Below are positions 41,718 through 53,479 of a DNA stretch of 64,000 nucleotides, piece after piece. Numbering within the stretch: the stretch's first letter is position 1; every line of letters starts with the position of its first letter. The notes beneath the pieces were generated by a model. It was given only the letters and a program-made list of their open reading frames with translations, searched no databases and had not been told where the DNA came from. This stretch comes from Geosiphon pyriformis uo1 (lineage: Eukaryota; Fungi; Glomeromycota), in contig JAAOMT010000495.1 in the NCBI GenBank assembly GCA_016748015.1, positions 271,741 to 335,740 of the forward strand, written 5' to 3'. A program made the translations under genes and the position numbers.

Positions 41718-42192
41718 TTGTCTTTGTTGTTAAGATTCTAAGAGACCCATATTGATTTGAGAGAGTTTTTCTTCCAACAAGTGGTAGTTTTCAGTCATGG
41801 GAATAATATTTGGATTTGGGAGTAGAGTGTGTTTTACAATTTCGATGAAATTAGAGACAATTTGAGGGTTTTCATCTTGAAAGATATTGCTGTGTATGAT
41901 TCCAATTTCTAATTTGTTTAATAAAACAATAGGGTAATTATTGGGATTGTAGAATGTAACTCGAAATTTTTTCATTCCTTTGGGAATATAAACATTTGGA
42001 ATTGATATTTCATGCTTCAAACAGATTTGTTCATTGGATTCAAAGATTTGTTGTGTAGTGGTGGGTTTTGAGCAAGTGTAAATTTTGTGATGTTCTTCAA
42101 AAAATAAAATGGTAATTGGCTGAGGAAGTTGAAGAATCTGGTGAGATTCATTTTGTGTATTAAGAACTATGTTTACTGGGACTGTAAATCGT

Positions 42193-42620
42193 CCAGTTGA
42201 ACCAAAACCTTGAGTTTCTCTTTCATTTTTTCCCAATTGTTCTCTGTTGTTTACTGATTGTAAACCCGAAATGTTGATTAAGGATAAGTAAATTGCTTGA
42301 GCAATTTTTTTAGCATGTTCAATTTTGAATGGTTTGTTTGTCTCATTTTGTAACATGATGATAATGTCTCCAGTGTATTCTGCATCTATAACTCCTTCTC
42401 TAATATTGATTTCTTTGCTCGCCAATGATGATCTGGAGGCAATTTAAATCATTGCTCCTGGTGGAATTTCAAGAGCAATTTTGAGATTGATTTTTGTCAA
42501 AGACTTTGGTTGGAGAATCAAAGTATCTTTTTCTGGATATCTTAGGTCATATCTAGTATCAATTTCGTGTGCTTTTTCTGGTCTGATTCCTTGGCCATGG
42601 TTGTCAAAATATTTAAGTTG
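42193..42620 (-). pseudogene. Trimeric dUTPase domain in the Gypsy polyprotein
   Basis: All five motifs: (AG)YDL, ASRSSLA, GVIDAEYTG, IAQ, RETQGFGSTG; one in-frame stop. Confidence 0.92.
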
Positions 42621-43559
42621 TAGAGATGGTTGCTTTTCAAGAAGATAGATGGGTGTGGTTGGTAGTTCTTCTACTAGTTCAGATACTTCAAATTCGATTT
42701 CATTTTTATCATTCTCATCTGGCAGAGGAATGCTAAGAACATAACATTCTAAACACCATTAGTCATCACAAGGCATAACACATTCTTCACACAATTGAAT
42801 GTTTATTTGCTCTAATCGTTGAATTTGAGCTTCTTTGGTCGGATATGTGTGGCTTGCAATTTGGTGGTAGGTTTCTACTTCATCTTTATAATCAAATCCA
42901 GCTAATTCCATGGTATACTCAATATATTCAGCTTCTTTCATTTGGCAGACATCTTCTTGGGTGGCTTTATTGATCAATGTCATTGCTAAGTCAAAAATCA
43001 TTTCAGCATCCTGAGGGTAGTGGTAAAGTTTATTGAGAGCACTGTTGTATGCTGCATCAAATGGTGTTCCTCTTCTGACTTTTTCCGAAATTGATAGAGC
43101 ATATTGACAGGTTTGATCACATACTCCTCCTCTCATTGTTACATCAATCCAATTGCATTCTTCTGATAGCATTTCTCCACATGTAAGGCAAGGTGTGTTG
43201 TCCCATTTTCCACTTCTTTTTGGAGATCCAAATCGTTCTCTATGGTATGCTTTGTAAAAGTAACAGATACGAGTTTCATATTTTTCTTTTGGAGAAATAC
43301 ATGCTCCCATTGATGAAAGTTTTTTGTTGCAATCTTTGCATTTGAGTGAAATATAGAGTGGTTGTTTCCGTGGTTCTGGTGCAGAATATTTAACTTTCTT
43401 CTATCTTCTTGATTCTTCAAAAATCTCTTGTTCGGTTTTTTCATTCCAATTGGATGTTGATCCAAGAGCCATGTAGGTTTCAGTAAGTGGCATTTCTTTC
43501 TTCTCTTCAAATTCAAATACTGGAGCTTTTTCTGATCATTTATTAAAGGTACCACAGGT

Positions 43560-43908
43560 TGAAGATACTATGGTATATTGTCCTTGGTATGAGATTTTAA
43601 GTTTTTCAGTTCAGGTTTGCATTGGCCTTGAGAAGCCAATTATTTCCAACTAGAGCTTGGTATTAGGGTGCATCCATAAAAAGAACTTTAACTGGAATGG
43701 TAATTCCATCAATTGAAAAAGGGAAATTATCAATTTCTCCTACAGGAGTCTTCTTTATACCATCAGCTGTGACAATAACTGTTTGAGCTGGTCTGTCTAC
43801 GTTTTGTTTGAGTTGTTGCATCAGCTGGTAAGTGATGATACTTCCAGTTGATCTACTATCTAAGATTAAGCAAATGGGTTTTCTTTCTACTGTAGCTTCT
43901 GTGTACAT
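43560..43908 (-). pseudogene. Retroviral-type aspartic protease, degenerate
   Basis: PICLILDS(R)STGSII (DSG>DSR), IVTADG, downstream AL(V)GNNWL. Confidence 0.85.
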
Positions 43909-44239
43909 AGCAGTAATTGCTTTCTGTTCATTGACTGCTGCATTACTAAGCAGAAATGGTGATTTATTTGCTTCAAATTCAAATGGAAATATATCTGACA
44001 GATTAGCATTTTGGACAATTTGAGCTGGTAGAATGGTGTGGTTGGAAGGATTTGATCTTAGCGCTGCAACTTCATCTTCAGAAAGTGCAGTTTGTTAAAA
44101 ATCCGATTCCTCTGGTATTGTAAGATAACTGGGTTGAGTGTGATAGTGATTGGGTCTTTGCTGATCTGAATTTCGGGGAACCAACTGGTTATTTGGATTG
44201 ATTCTGTTGTGGTTATTCTGCAATTGATTTTGGGGTGTA

Positions 44240-45956
44240 AATTGGTTATGTTGAACCAATCTTCTTGCTGGTATTTGATATTGTTGAGTGGGTGGTGTCT
44301 AATATGGCTGAATTGGTAAAGATTGCTGATATTGTTGCTGCATTGATTGTGGAGCTGGTAGATAGTAGTTTTGATTTTGTGGTCTTGGTGAATAATAGGT
44401 TAATGGTGGAGATTGGTAATAGGATTGTTGTGGTGAACAATAACGTTGATTACTCCTGTTTTGTTGGTCTCTTTATAATTTCCTACAATCTCGTTTCCAG
44501 TGTCCTGGAATTCCACAATAATGACAATTTTGAGATTGGTTGTTGGATAGTAATCCAAACTTGTTTTGGTTGTGTCATTGTGGTGGTTGATATCTTTGTG
44601 GTTGTTGCTGCTGTTGTTGTTGGTTTGTAAAATAGCTTTCAACTTTCCTTGTAAGTTGGTCTATCTTTTCTTTAGCTGCTGAGCTGGTTTCTCCAATTGC
44701 AAGGTTTACAAGCTTGGTGTGATTTGCTTCTTCCATTGCCATTTTATAGCTCTTTGCATATCTAATAGCAGTTGCTAAGTCTGCTAGAGCATGTAAACGG
44801 ACTTTTTTAATCAGTTTGTCTTTTAACCCTACTATAAACTGATTCAGAATTTGAGCATTAGAATAGTAGTCATTGGTTTCCAATTGTCGGATTTGTTTGA
44901 GAAGTTTGTTAAATCTTTCAAGATAGATCATAACAGATTCAGATGTTTTTTGTTTGATATTGCAAAAGCGGTTTCTGAAAGTGATAGAGGTATTGTTGTC
45001 AGTGAATTGTTGTAGAAAAGCATCTTTGAATGCTTGCCAGTTTTTAAATGGTTCTTTTAAATTTTCAAACCATTCTCCTGCTGTTCCTTGGAAAAAGTAA
45101 GGAATTGCTTTGAGCATTCTTGCTGCAATCCAACCATTTACATCTCCTGCTTTTTGAACCTTGTCAAGCCATTCTTGAGGACTGATATCATTGTCTTCAC
45201 CAGTGAATTCTGGGATTTTTGCAATGTAAGCAGTTGCCATTTCTTCTTTATTTTCTGTAATTTCTTCTGGTTCTGATTCAGTTTTTTCACTTTCCAAGCT
45301 TTCTGAGTGATTACTTTTGTTTTTCTGTAAGTAATCAATGATATTGGCACTTGTTGATATTGGTTCTTGCTGTTGAGTAAGATTTCTAGGTGACTGAAAA
45401 TCTTCTGGTCTGAAGAAACGGCTAAGTGGTGAACTTGGTGTTTGTGGTTGAACAAGTGAAATTGGAAATAGTGTAATAGAAAGTGGTAATTTGACACTGG
45501 TTCTTTGTTCAGGTGTTTGCAAGTATTTGGCAGTTGTCTTTTGTAGTGTTGGAGTGTTTGGAGTGGTTCTTGAGTATTGTTTCACTTTTTGTTTGCCTTT
45601 GTTGCTTGTTTCTGTCTCTGATTCAAAATCAATGGAGTATTGAGACTGCACTGGATATGTTTCTTCACAGTACTTGATAATGTCAAAATTTAGTTCTTGA
45701 AAGTAAGTGGCAAGTGTTTCACTGTTAAGGTCTTCAGTTCTCAACTGTAAATAGTGTACTAAATTATTGTAAAGGTTGCTTTTAACTTCTGAGATATTGT
45801 AATTTCCAAAAAGATAATGTTGATGCGGTTTTCAATGTATTGGTATACTAATTTCTTTACAACTTCAATTCCATCTGGAATGTTGAATCTTTGCTTGCAG
45901 TGGGTATAAATTGACTGATAATACTCTAGAGTTGCTGTGTCTGGTGTGGTCGCCAC
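44240..45956 (-). pseudogene. Gypsy gag (capsid-like domain + CCHC knuckle), frameshifted
   Basis: AKIPEFTGED..PQEWL..GTAGEWF..W..FK..FL..F..KQKTSESV..Y; CHYCGIPGHWKRDC ~44485-44526; Q/N-rich linker. Confidence 0.88.
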
Positions 45957-45985
45957 TTTGAATTTGTTGTTGCTGTGTTATTTCT

Positions 45986-45999
45986 ATGGGAGAGCACCA
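45986..45999 (-). promoter_or_regulatory. Primer binding site TGGTGCTCTCCC(AT)
   Basis: TGG-initiated, 2 nt inside the 5' LTR; complementary to a tRNA ending ...GAGAGCACCA (identity not determined). Confidence 0.75.
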
Positions 46000-46001
46000 A
46001 A

Positions 46002-46953
46002 TGTTACCAGAGGTTTTTGGTCTCTTTTCTTAAATGTTGGTAATGTTGATTTGCTGTGAATTCATGTTTTCAGGAAGTAGTTGAATCTCCAATAACTGAA
46101 TTTATCTTCAAATTATCTTCTATAATTTGAACTGCTGGGCTTATAAGTGGAATGGCCAATTTCTTTGCCAGTTACTTTATGTAGTTACGTTGTAGTAAAT
46201 GTCAACTCTTTCCCAGGAATTGCTCATCTGGAAGCTTACTAAAAATGTGTAGTTACTTTGCTGTGAAAGTCAACTCTTCTACAGAAATCTCATCTGTAGG
46301 CTACCCTAATGATTGTAATAAGAAAATAAAAGAAAAATAAAAGAAATATAAAAGAAATAAAATTCTGTCAAGAGAAACGTTTTCTATCTAGGCCTGGAGT
46401 CACTAACAGTTTACTGAAATTGGTAGCTAATCAATTTCGAAATGTTAGTTGGGTTTTGGGAATTTTCCAAGTGCAATAATTAAAAAACTTGGTTTTTCAA
46501 ATTATTTGATATTTATTTCTTTTTGTGTGTATAGGAATGGTTCTAAGTGATAAATCTAAAGTAAGATACTTTTTCCAGAAGAAAAAAGCTCTTCTTTTAT
46601 ACAACTTGTTGTAGTACTAGTCTATGAACTTGTACTTTTTCTCTTTGCTCAAATTTCAGTGAACTAAAGATACATTTTAATGAACTACAAGTTATTTCAC
46701 TAAACTATTAATTAATTTGGGTGAACTATTCATAGTTTCGGCAAATTTTTGAATGTTACAAAGTTCAGGGTATTGTGTAATTTGATCATCCTACTTTCTG
46801 TTATACTAATTAGATTATTTTAATTGAATCGTGATATGTAATAATTGATTAAATAATAAATGATAATTTGAAATGATTTTAATATACTAATGAATTATAG
46901 GAATTATAAGGGTAATTTCATGCTAATTAATAGCTAAAATTCTACTGGTAACA
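46002..46953 (-). repeat. 5' LTR (952 bp)
   Basis: 9-bp terminal inverted repeat TGTTACCAG...CTGGTAACA. Confidence 0.95.
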
Positions 46954-49900
46954 TTGGTTGGGTTGTTTCTGTTTGGCTCTTGTTCAAAGGCAAGCTCTCA
47001 GTTACTCTTTTGGGATTGTATGTAGGTGCCTCTTCTGGGTAGATTTGGTCAGGCTTCTAAAGTTAACTCTTTCATTACAAAGGCTGTCAACTCCAGCACT
47101 TTTGTTGTCTTGGGTGGAGATTTTAATAAGGATGGATTTGGTCAGAGTGTGAGTTTCAAGTTCTGTCTGAGTTTGGGTTTGGTCAATTTATTTGTCAGTC
47201 ATCATTTGGCTGGTTTTCATACATGGAGCAACTTAAGAGAGGTTGTAAAGACAATTGATCACATTTTTGTTAATAGTAGTTTGTTTTCTGCTGTTGCTGG
47301 TTATCAGGTTGTCCCTGTTTCAGATTTTTTCAACACTAATTACAGAGCAGTTATGGTGTCAGTTGGTTTAAGTGGACTTCTAGATGTTCAATTAAATAGC
47401 TTGTGCAAGCAGGCAAATAGGAATTGTTGGAAGTTCAAATTCAAAGATGCTAACAGTGCTAAATGGACTAAGTTTAGGGATTTTTCCTTGACAAAACTTT
47501 TGTCATTGGGTGTCATGTTTTCTGGTGCTAAAGCATGTAGTAATGTAGATGTTATGTGGGTGATGTTGGAGGAGGCTATGATAAGATCTACTGATGAGAC
47601 ATTTTTAAGACATTGGTTCAGCAAATTTAGGTGCTCGAAGAACAAGCATTCTTCTAAGTTTTTTGGTTTGAAATTGTTGGTGGCCAAGATTGTTAAGAAA
47701 TTTTGCTCTGGTGGCTTGTCTGATATTGACCTTCTTGTGAGTAAGTGGTTAACTCTGAATAATGCCAAAGCTTGCACTTTCAAAGACTTGGTTAGCTCGG
47801 GTGTCAAATCTGAGATTATTGTTAAGCATTTGTCTTTGGTTTGCAGAGATTACAGAAAGGCAAAGATGTTTAAATCAAGGTTTGCTAAGAAAGTTTCTAT
47901 TAAGAAGGCAATTGAGAAGCACATGGAGAATTTCTGTTCTGACAAAGGTAGTATGATTAGAAGTGTGTTGGACAGACTCTTTCGCAAAGTGGTGTTAGAT
48001 CATCTAGTGGTTGATAATGAATTGGTTTTGGAGCCTGAAGAGATAAAGGCAAGTGTGGACAAGATAATGGAAGGGTGGACAAGAAAATGTTCGGTGTGTT
48101 TGGTGGTCCCAGATTTTTGGGCTCGGCAGTATAAGCCTTTGAACTATGTTTAAGATGATGCTTTTTCTGGTGTTATGCATGAGATCAATATGAGCAAGTT
48201 GCTTTCTGTTATTAATGGTCTGTCTGATGGCAAGGCCACTGGTTTGTCTGATATTCCAAATGAATTGTGGAAACATAGTGGTAAGGTGGTTTTGGGGTGC
48301 TTGTTGGTGCTATTTAATGTGTGTTTGACTGCTGGTATGATGCCTGTTTTGTAAAAAAGAGCATGGGTTTCAATAATTCTTAAGTCTTACAACTAGAATG
48401 GGATCTTTACAAACACTCAGCCCATTGCTTTAATTGAAACTGCCAGGAAAATTCTTTCTAAGATTCTTTTTGATCATATTTCAGTAATTTGCAGTAAGTT
48501 TAATGTCTTTCAGGATAACAACTTTTCAGTATTAAAGGGTACATCTACACAATCTCTGGTGTTTGCTGTTGGTTCAGTGGTTGAAAATGCTCTTGAAAAA
48601 AATTGGGAGATATGGTTGGTTTTGCAGAATATGCAAAAAGCTTACAATTTAATTGAGTGGCATTATTTGAGAACCAGCTTGCAGCATATCAAGATGTGTA
48701 AGAGATTCATAAGATTTTTTGGTGGTATTCACAAAGACAGGGTTAACAGGGTAATGACTGACTTTGGTTTGTCTGGTGATTACAAGGTGCATGATGGGTT
48801 GGATCAGAGTAAGGTCTTTTTGTCTCTCCTGTGGAGGATCTTTTATGATCCACTTTTGTGTAAGGTCAAAAGGCATGAACAATTGTGTGGATACCGAATT
48901 GATACTAAGTTTGTTTCAAAGACTGGCAGAATTGAGAATAGTGGTGGTTTGACTTCGTACTTTTTGGCTAGCACATTTATTGATAATACAATCTGGGTTG
49001 GGAACTATTAGGCTTCCACTCAATATGTGCTGAATATTGTCAGTGAGTTTTTTGTGATCAATGATATTTCCATCAACAGTGAGAAGACAGTGGCTATTAT
49101 TATAAATCAGGGTGTTAAGATTGCTTTACTGAGTATTTGTGGTCAACCAATTTCGATTGCTAAGAAGAGCAAGACTCATCATTATCTGGGTATTTTTTTG
49201 TCGACTGAGAGATTGTCCAAGCTGAGTGTTGTCAAAACTCATACTGATGTGCATTTCTTTGTTAATGTTGTGCTTAGAAAAGCTGTTACAAATAAACAAT
49301 TTTCATATTTGGTTTTGGCTGTCTTGTAGTCTATTGTTAGCTATTGTATTTAGTTCAGTTTTGTCCCTTCTAATGTTTGTCACAAGTGAAATACTTTGGT
49401 TAGGAAAGATCTCAGGTCTAAAGCTTGTCTTTCTCATGATTTTTCTGATGCGGCTTTGTATCATCCATTGTTGTATGGCTTAAAATCTTTTGAACAGATG
49501 CAGTCTGAAGAGAAGGTGGCTGCTCTAATTATGTTCTCCAATGCTTCTGGTATTCTTGGGCATTTGTTTAGTCATAGATTTTTGGATTTGCAGGTTCTTG
49601 GTTGGGCTCCTTTAGATCCTTTGCAATTCTCTGTCAGATTGCGCGTTAGTCCGATGAACAATTTTTTGGCTGGATTGATAAAAATTTTTTTGGACAATGA
49701 GCTATCTTTGGTAAACAATCTCCCCACTGTGTTTCATAGTTCTGGTTACTTTCCTCTATCTTCTGTTCTTGGAGAGTCTCTGTACTTTGATTTGGTTTTC
49801 TCTCTTAAGCACTTTGGTGTTACTTTTTGTGATCAGCTTTTTAATAAAAAAAGTGGTTTGCTAGATTGAAAGACATTTCACCATTAGAAGAGATTGGATC

Positions 49901-51508
49901 TGCATGGTCCTGTGCCTCATTGGTTTATGGTTTTTTCTGAGTTTTTGAAGAGTCAGAGTTCTTCATCATCTGATTCTGCTGGCTCTACTGTGCTGCATGG
50001 ACTGAACATTTTGGGGTCTGGGAAGTTTTCTGCTGTGAGAGATGGATTGCATAACGTGTGGTCAGGTTTTTTTGAGGTCTTTATAGATGAGTCTTTAAAG
50101 AATTTTGGTTCTGCTGAGGTTATTGGTGGTGCTGCTGCTTACTTTCTGGTCTTGGATTTGAGTGTTAGTGTTGCTGTTCAGGATCTTTTGTCATCTACTA
50201 TGGCTGAATTACAGGCTGTTGCTTTGGCTTTGGAGTGTGTTTCTTCTTCGAGTACTGTGGTGTTGCATCTTGACAGCCAGGCTGCCATTAATGCTTATGT
50301 GTCTGAAATGTCTTTGGCTGTCTCCAATTTCTGTAATCAATGCTAGCTAGAAAGGCATTATATTTTCAATTTAGTCAGGAATAAAGGTCTTAGTATGAGT
50401 TGAGTTAAGGTAAAGAGCCATTTTGAGGTTCCTGGAAATGTGAAGGCTGACTTGGCTGCTGGGACTGCCTCTGGGTCTCCATTTTCTTTGTTGGCTGGTG
50501 TACATGAACATTTTCTGGTTGCTGAGAGTACTCCTGTCTTTGGTAATATTTGTTATTTTGTTAGTGATATTTTTTGCTCTGTTTGTTATGCTCATTGGGA
50601 AGCTGGTTCTGGTTTTGATGTGGTTCCAAGTGTGATGATTGTTCGCATAAACTGGGTTGTCACAGCAACAGTGTGGCATTCTGATTCTCATATGCTTGCT
50701 GGTTTTACTAGTTGTAAGTTCTTGACACTTCGCACTTATTTTATAAAGACTATACACAGAAGGCTGCCAGTTGTGGTTAGAAAAAAGTTGTATAACAGGC
50801 TTTACCCTGATGTGTTATGTTTGTTGTGCAATAATGTGGAGTTCTCCAACCATTTTTTTACTTGCATTTATAAGTCTGGCATTTATGGTAAGATCTTGGT
50901 TGAGACTTCTACCTGTTGGTCTGTTTTGGCTGGCATTTCTGGTTCTTTTGCATCCACTATGCTACTAGGTCTTATCTCAATGTTTCACCGATATTGGGCT
51001 TTATGCTTTGATTTGTAAAGGGTTTATGCTGGATGAGTAGTATAATAAGGCTTGTTGTGTTTTTGATGATAGGAAGATGGTTGTTGTTTGGTTGGCTGAC
51101 TTTGTAAGATTTGTCATGAAACTGCATCATGCTAAAATGTGGTTGGTAAGATCTAGTTACCAGGTGAAAATAGAAAAGACTGATTTGATTTATGATAGTG
51201 GTATTATTTCTGGACTTTCTTGTGAGGTGTCTTTGGTTTTGTTTGATGGTGTTGTTAGGTTGCTTGGTTTGGCTGAGACTTTTGCTGTTAGCTTTGGTTG
51301 TCAAAGACCATATAGTTTTTTTTCTAGTCTGGGTGGTAATGTGTTAGTTAATATAAGTGTATAGTGTTGCCTTGTCTGGTTTGAGTGGCTAGTCACATGT
51401 AGAAAGTGCATGAGTTACATTTAGTTTGAGTTTCTTAGTTTGGCTCTATGTACTAGATAGTGATTGGGCTTCACTTTTTAAAAGCATAATAAAAAAAATA
51501 TATATAAT

Positions 51509-53425
51509 TAACTATCTAAATTAATTAAAACACAAACTAAGCTAAATTAAAAAAAAAATTCAATTTATAAAGTCTAATAATAAAACTATTTAAATTTTAA
51601 TTATTAAAAATAAATTTACTTAAAAAAAATCTAATTTTTTTAATATATTTAATATTAAAATTACATATTTATTATAGAGTTACTAAATAATTAAGAGTTT
51701 TATTATTTAAAAAAAATATTTTAATAATACTTATATTATTTTTATTTATGTTATTAATATTTATTTTAGTATTAAAAAATTAACAAAACTTTTAATAATA
51801 TTTATTATAATTATTAAATTTTTTTTTACAATAAAATTATTGTGTATATTCTTAATTAAAAGTAAAATAACCAAAATAATCAAAGAATTTAATTTTAATA
51901 ACAAAAACAACTAAAAATATAACAATAAAAAAAACCAAAAAATTAAAAATTTTAATATAAAACTTTATATTAACAAAAAATTAAAAGTCTTAATATTATT
52001 AATAAACTTAAAAAAAAATTTAAAAAAATTTATAATTTAAATTTTGATATTTGTAACATAATATTTAAAATTCTTAAAAACTTAAAAATCACAACAGCAA
52101 AATATTAACAATAATAAAAATTAAGAAAACAAGAAATAAAATAAGTATAACTATTAACTTAAAAAATTAAATTACTGATTTTAAAAACAGCCAAAAAAAA
52201 ATTTAATTTAATTAATTTTAAAAGTATCTTATAAAATAATAATTTTTTTTATTAAGTAAAAAAAATTTTAATATTGTCTTTTTTATTAATACAAACTAGT
52301 AAACAAAAAGAACAACAACAATAGAAAAAAATTTCTTAAATAAACAATAATATATTATAACAAATTAATAGATTTTAACTTAATTAAAAGAACAATATTA
52401 AAAACCCCAAAAGTATTTTTAATATTATTAAATAATATATTAAATAAAATATTATAAAATATAACAAAAATAAAAAAAATACAAAAGACATTATAAAAGA
52501 CTTTACAATTTTAAAAGTAGCCAAAAACAAAAAATCACTATCAAAAAAGTTTTAGAAACAAATTTTACACAAAACAACTTAATATTGTTTTTTAAATTAA
52601 ATTTGAATTTAGATAACAATTGAAATAAAAAATTAATATAAGCTAATTTAATTTAAAATATAATATCAAGCATCAAAATAAAAACTATTAATTCAAAAAA
52701 ATTTTAATAACAGAAAATTGTTTTCCAAATATTATTAAAAACAGTACCAAAAAACAAAAAAAAACAATTAATTTGGTTTTTATTTAGTTATTTTAATTCT
52801 TAAAATCAAGTAATTTAATAAGTTAATTAGTTAAAAACATTTTTATAAATATGCTTTGTTTTGTTTTTAAAACCAAAAATAATTTATTAAAAAATACTAT
52901 ATTTAACAATATAATTAATAATTAATTTTAGTTTATTTTAAAAAACATATTATTATTGTTATTTTTATATTAAAAAAAACTAATTGTTATTATAAAAATT
53001 TTATTTAAGATCTTATTTAAAATTATAAAAAAGTTCAATATAACAATAGTAAATACAAATATTTATTGTTGTTTTTGGAGATTTTTGGTTTTTTTGATTA
53101 TTTGTAAAATAATAATAATGATAATAACAAAAAAAACCAATTTGTTAATTAGTTTATTATTAAAAATCTTAAAAAAAATAAAAACCATATTAAAATTAAC
53201 TTTAAATATTTCTTAAAAAAAATTTAAAAAAAACTATTAATTAAAAATAAAAAAAAATACATTAAAAATTATTAAAGCAGTTTTTTACTATTAATATTTA
53301 AGAAAAATATCTTTAAACCATTTTGTTTAACTGTTTTTATAACAAAAAGTATTTTTTTATTAAAACTTTATTAATTATTATAAAAAAATAATATTTAAAA
53401 CTTTTTTACTTTTTGTTTTGTAATT
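51509..53425 (-). mobile_element. Heavily eroded copy of the ORF1-only (HAL1-like) element; its 3' tail continues at ~35073-35164
   Basis: Reverse complement of 53270-53420 aligns to 14361-14515, and 52640-52830 aligns to 14885-15070. Tail split by LINE 4. Confidence 0.65.
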
Positions 53426-53479
53426 ATAAAAATAGAAAATAAATTTTTTTTTTAATTAAATATTTATATTTATAAATAA

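Larger units (their letters stand above)
37510..46953 (-). mobile_element. Ty3/Gypsy LTR retrotransposon with dUTPase (gag-PR-Cys-rich domain-dUTPase-RT-RNase H-IN), degenerate
   Basis: Two ~96% identical LTRs, PBS, PPT, PR-RT-RH-IN order. YLDD ~41150, VIAYASR..ELEAAAV, DYLTKW, GPF motif. Confidence 0.95.
35175..51498 (+). mobile_element. LINE copy 4, full-length, best preserved, split by the Ty3/Gypsy insertion
   Basis: ORF1 ~35299-37226. ORF2 37226-37509 plus 46958-51364 (APE, RT, RNase H ~50075-50455, CLLCNNVEFSNH). 3' UTR and poly-A to 51498. TSD TATATATAAT at 35165-35174 and 51499-51508. Confidence 0.93.

Noticed and set aside
51362-51498. 3' tail as a tRNA-derived SINE or self-cleaving ribozyme
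   Set aside because: No A/B boxes or hammerhead/HDV core recognisable by eye; only generic hairpins are supported.
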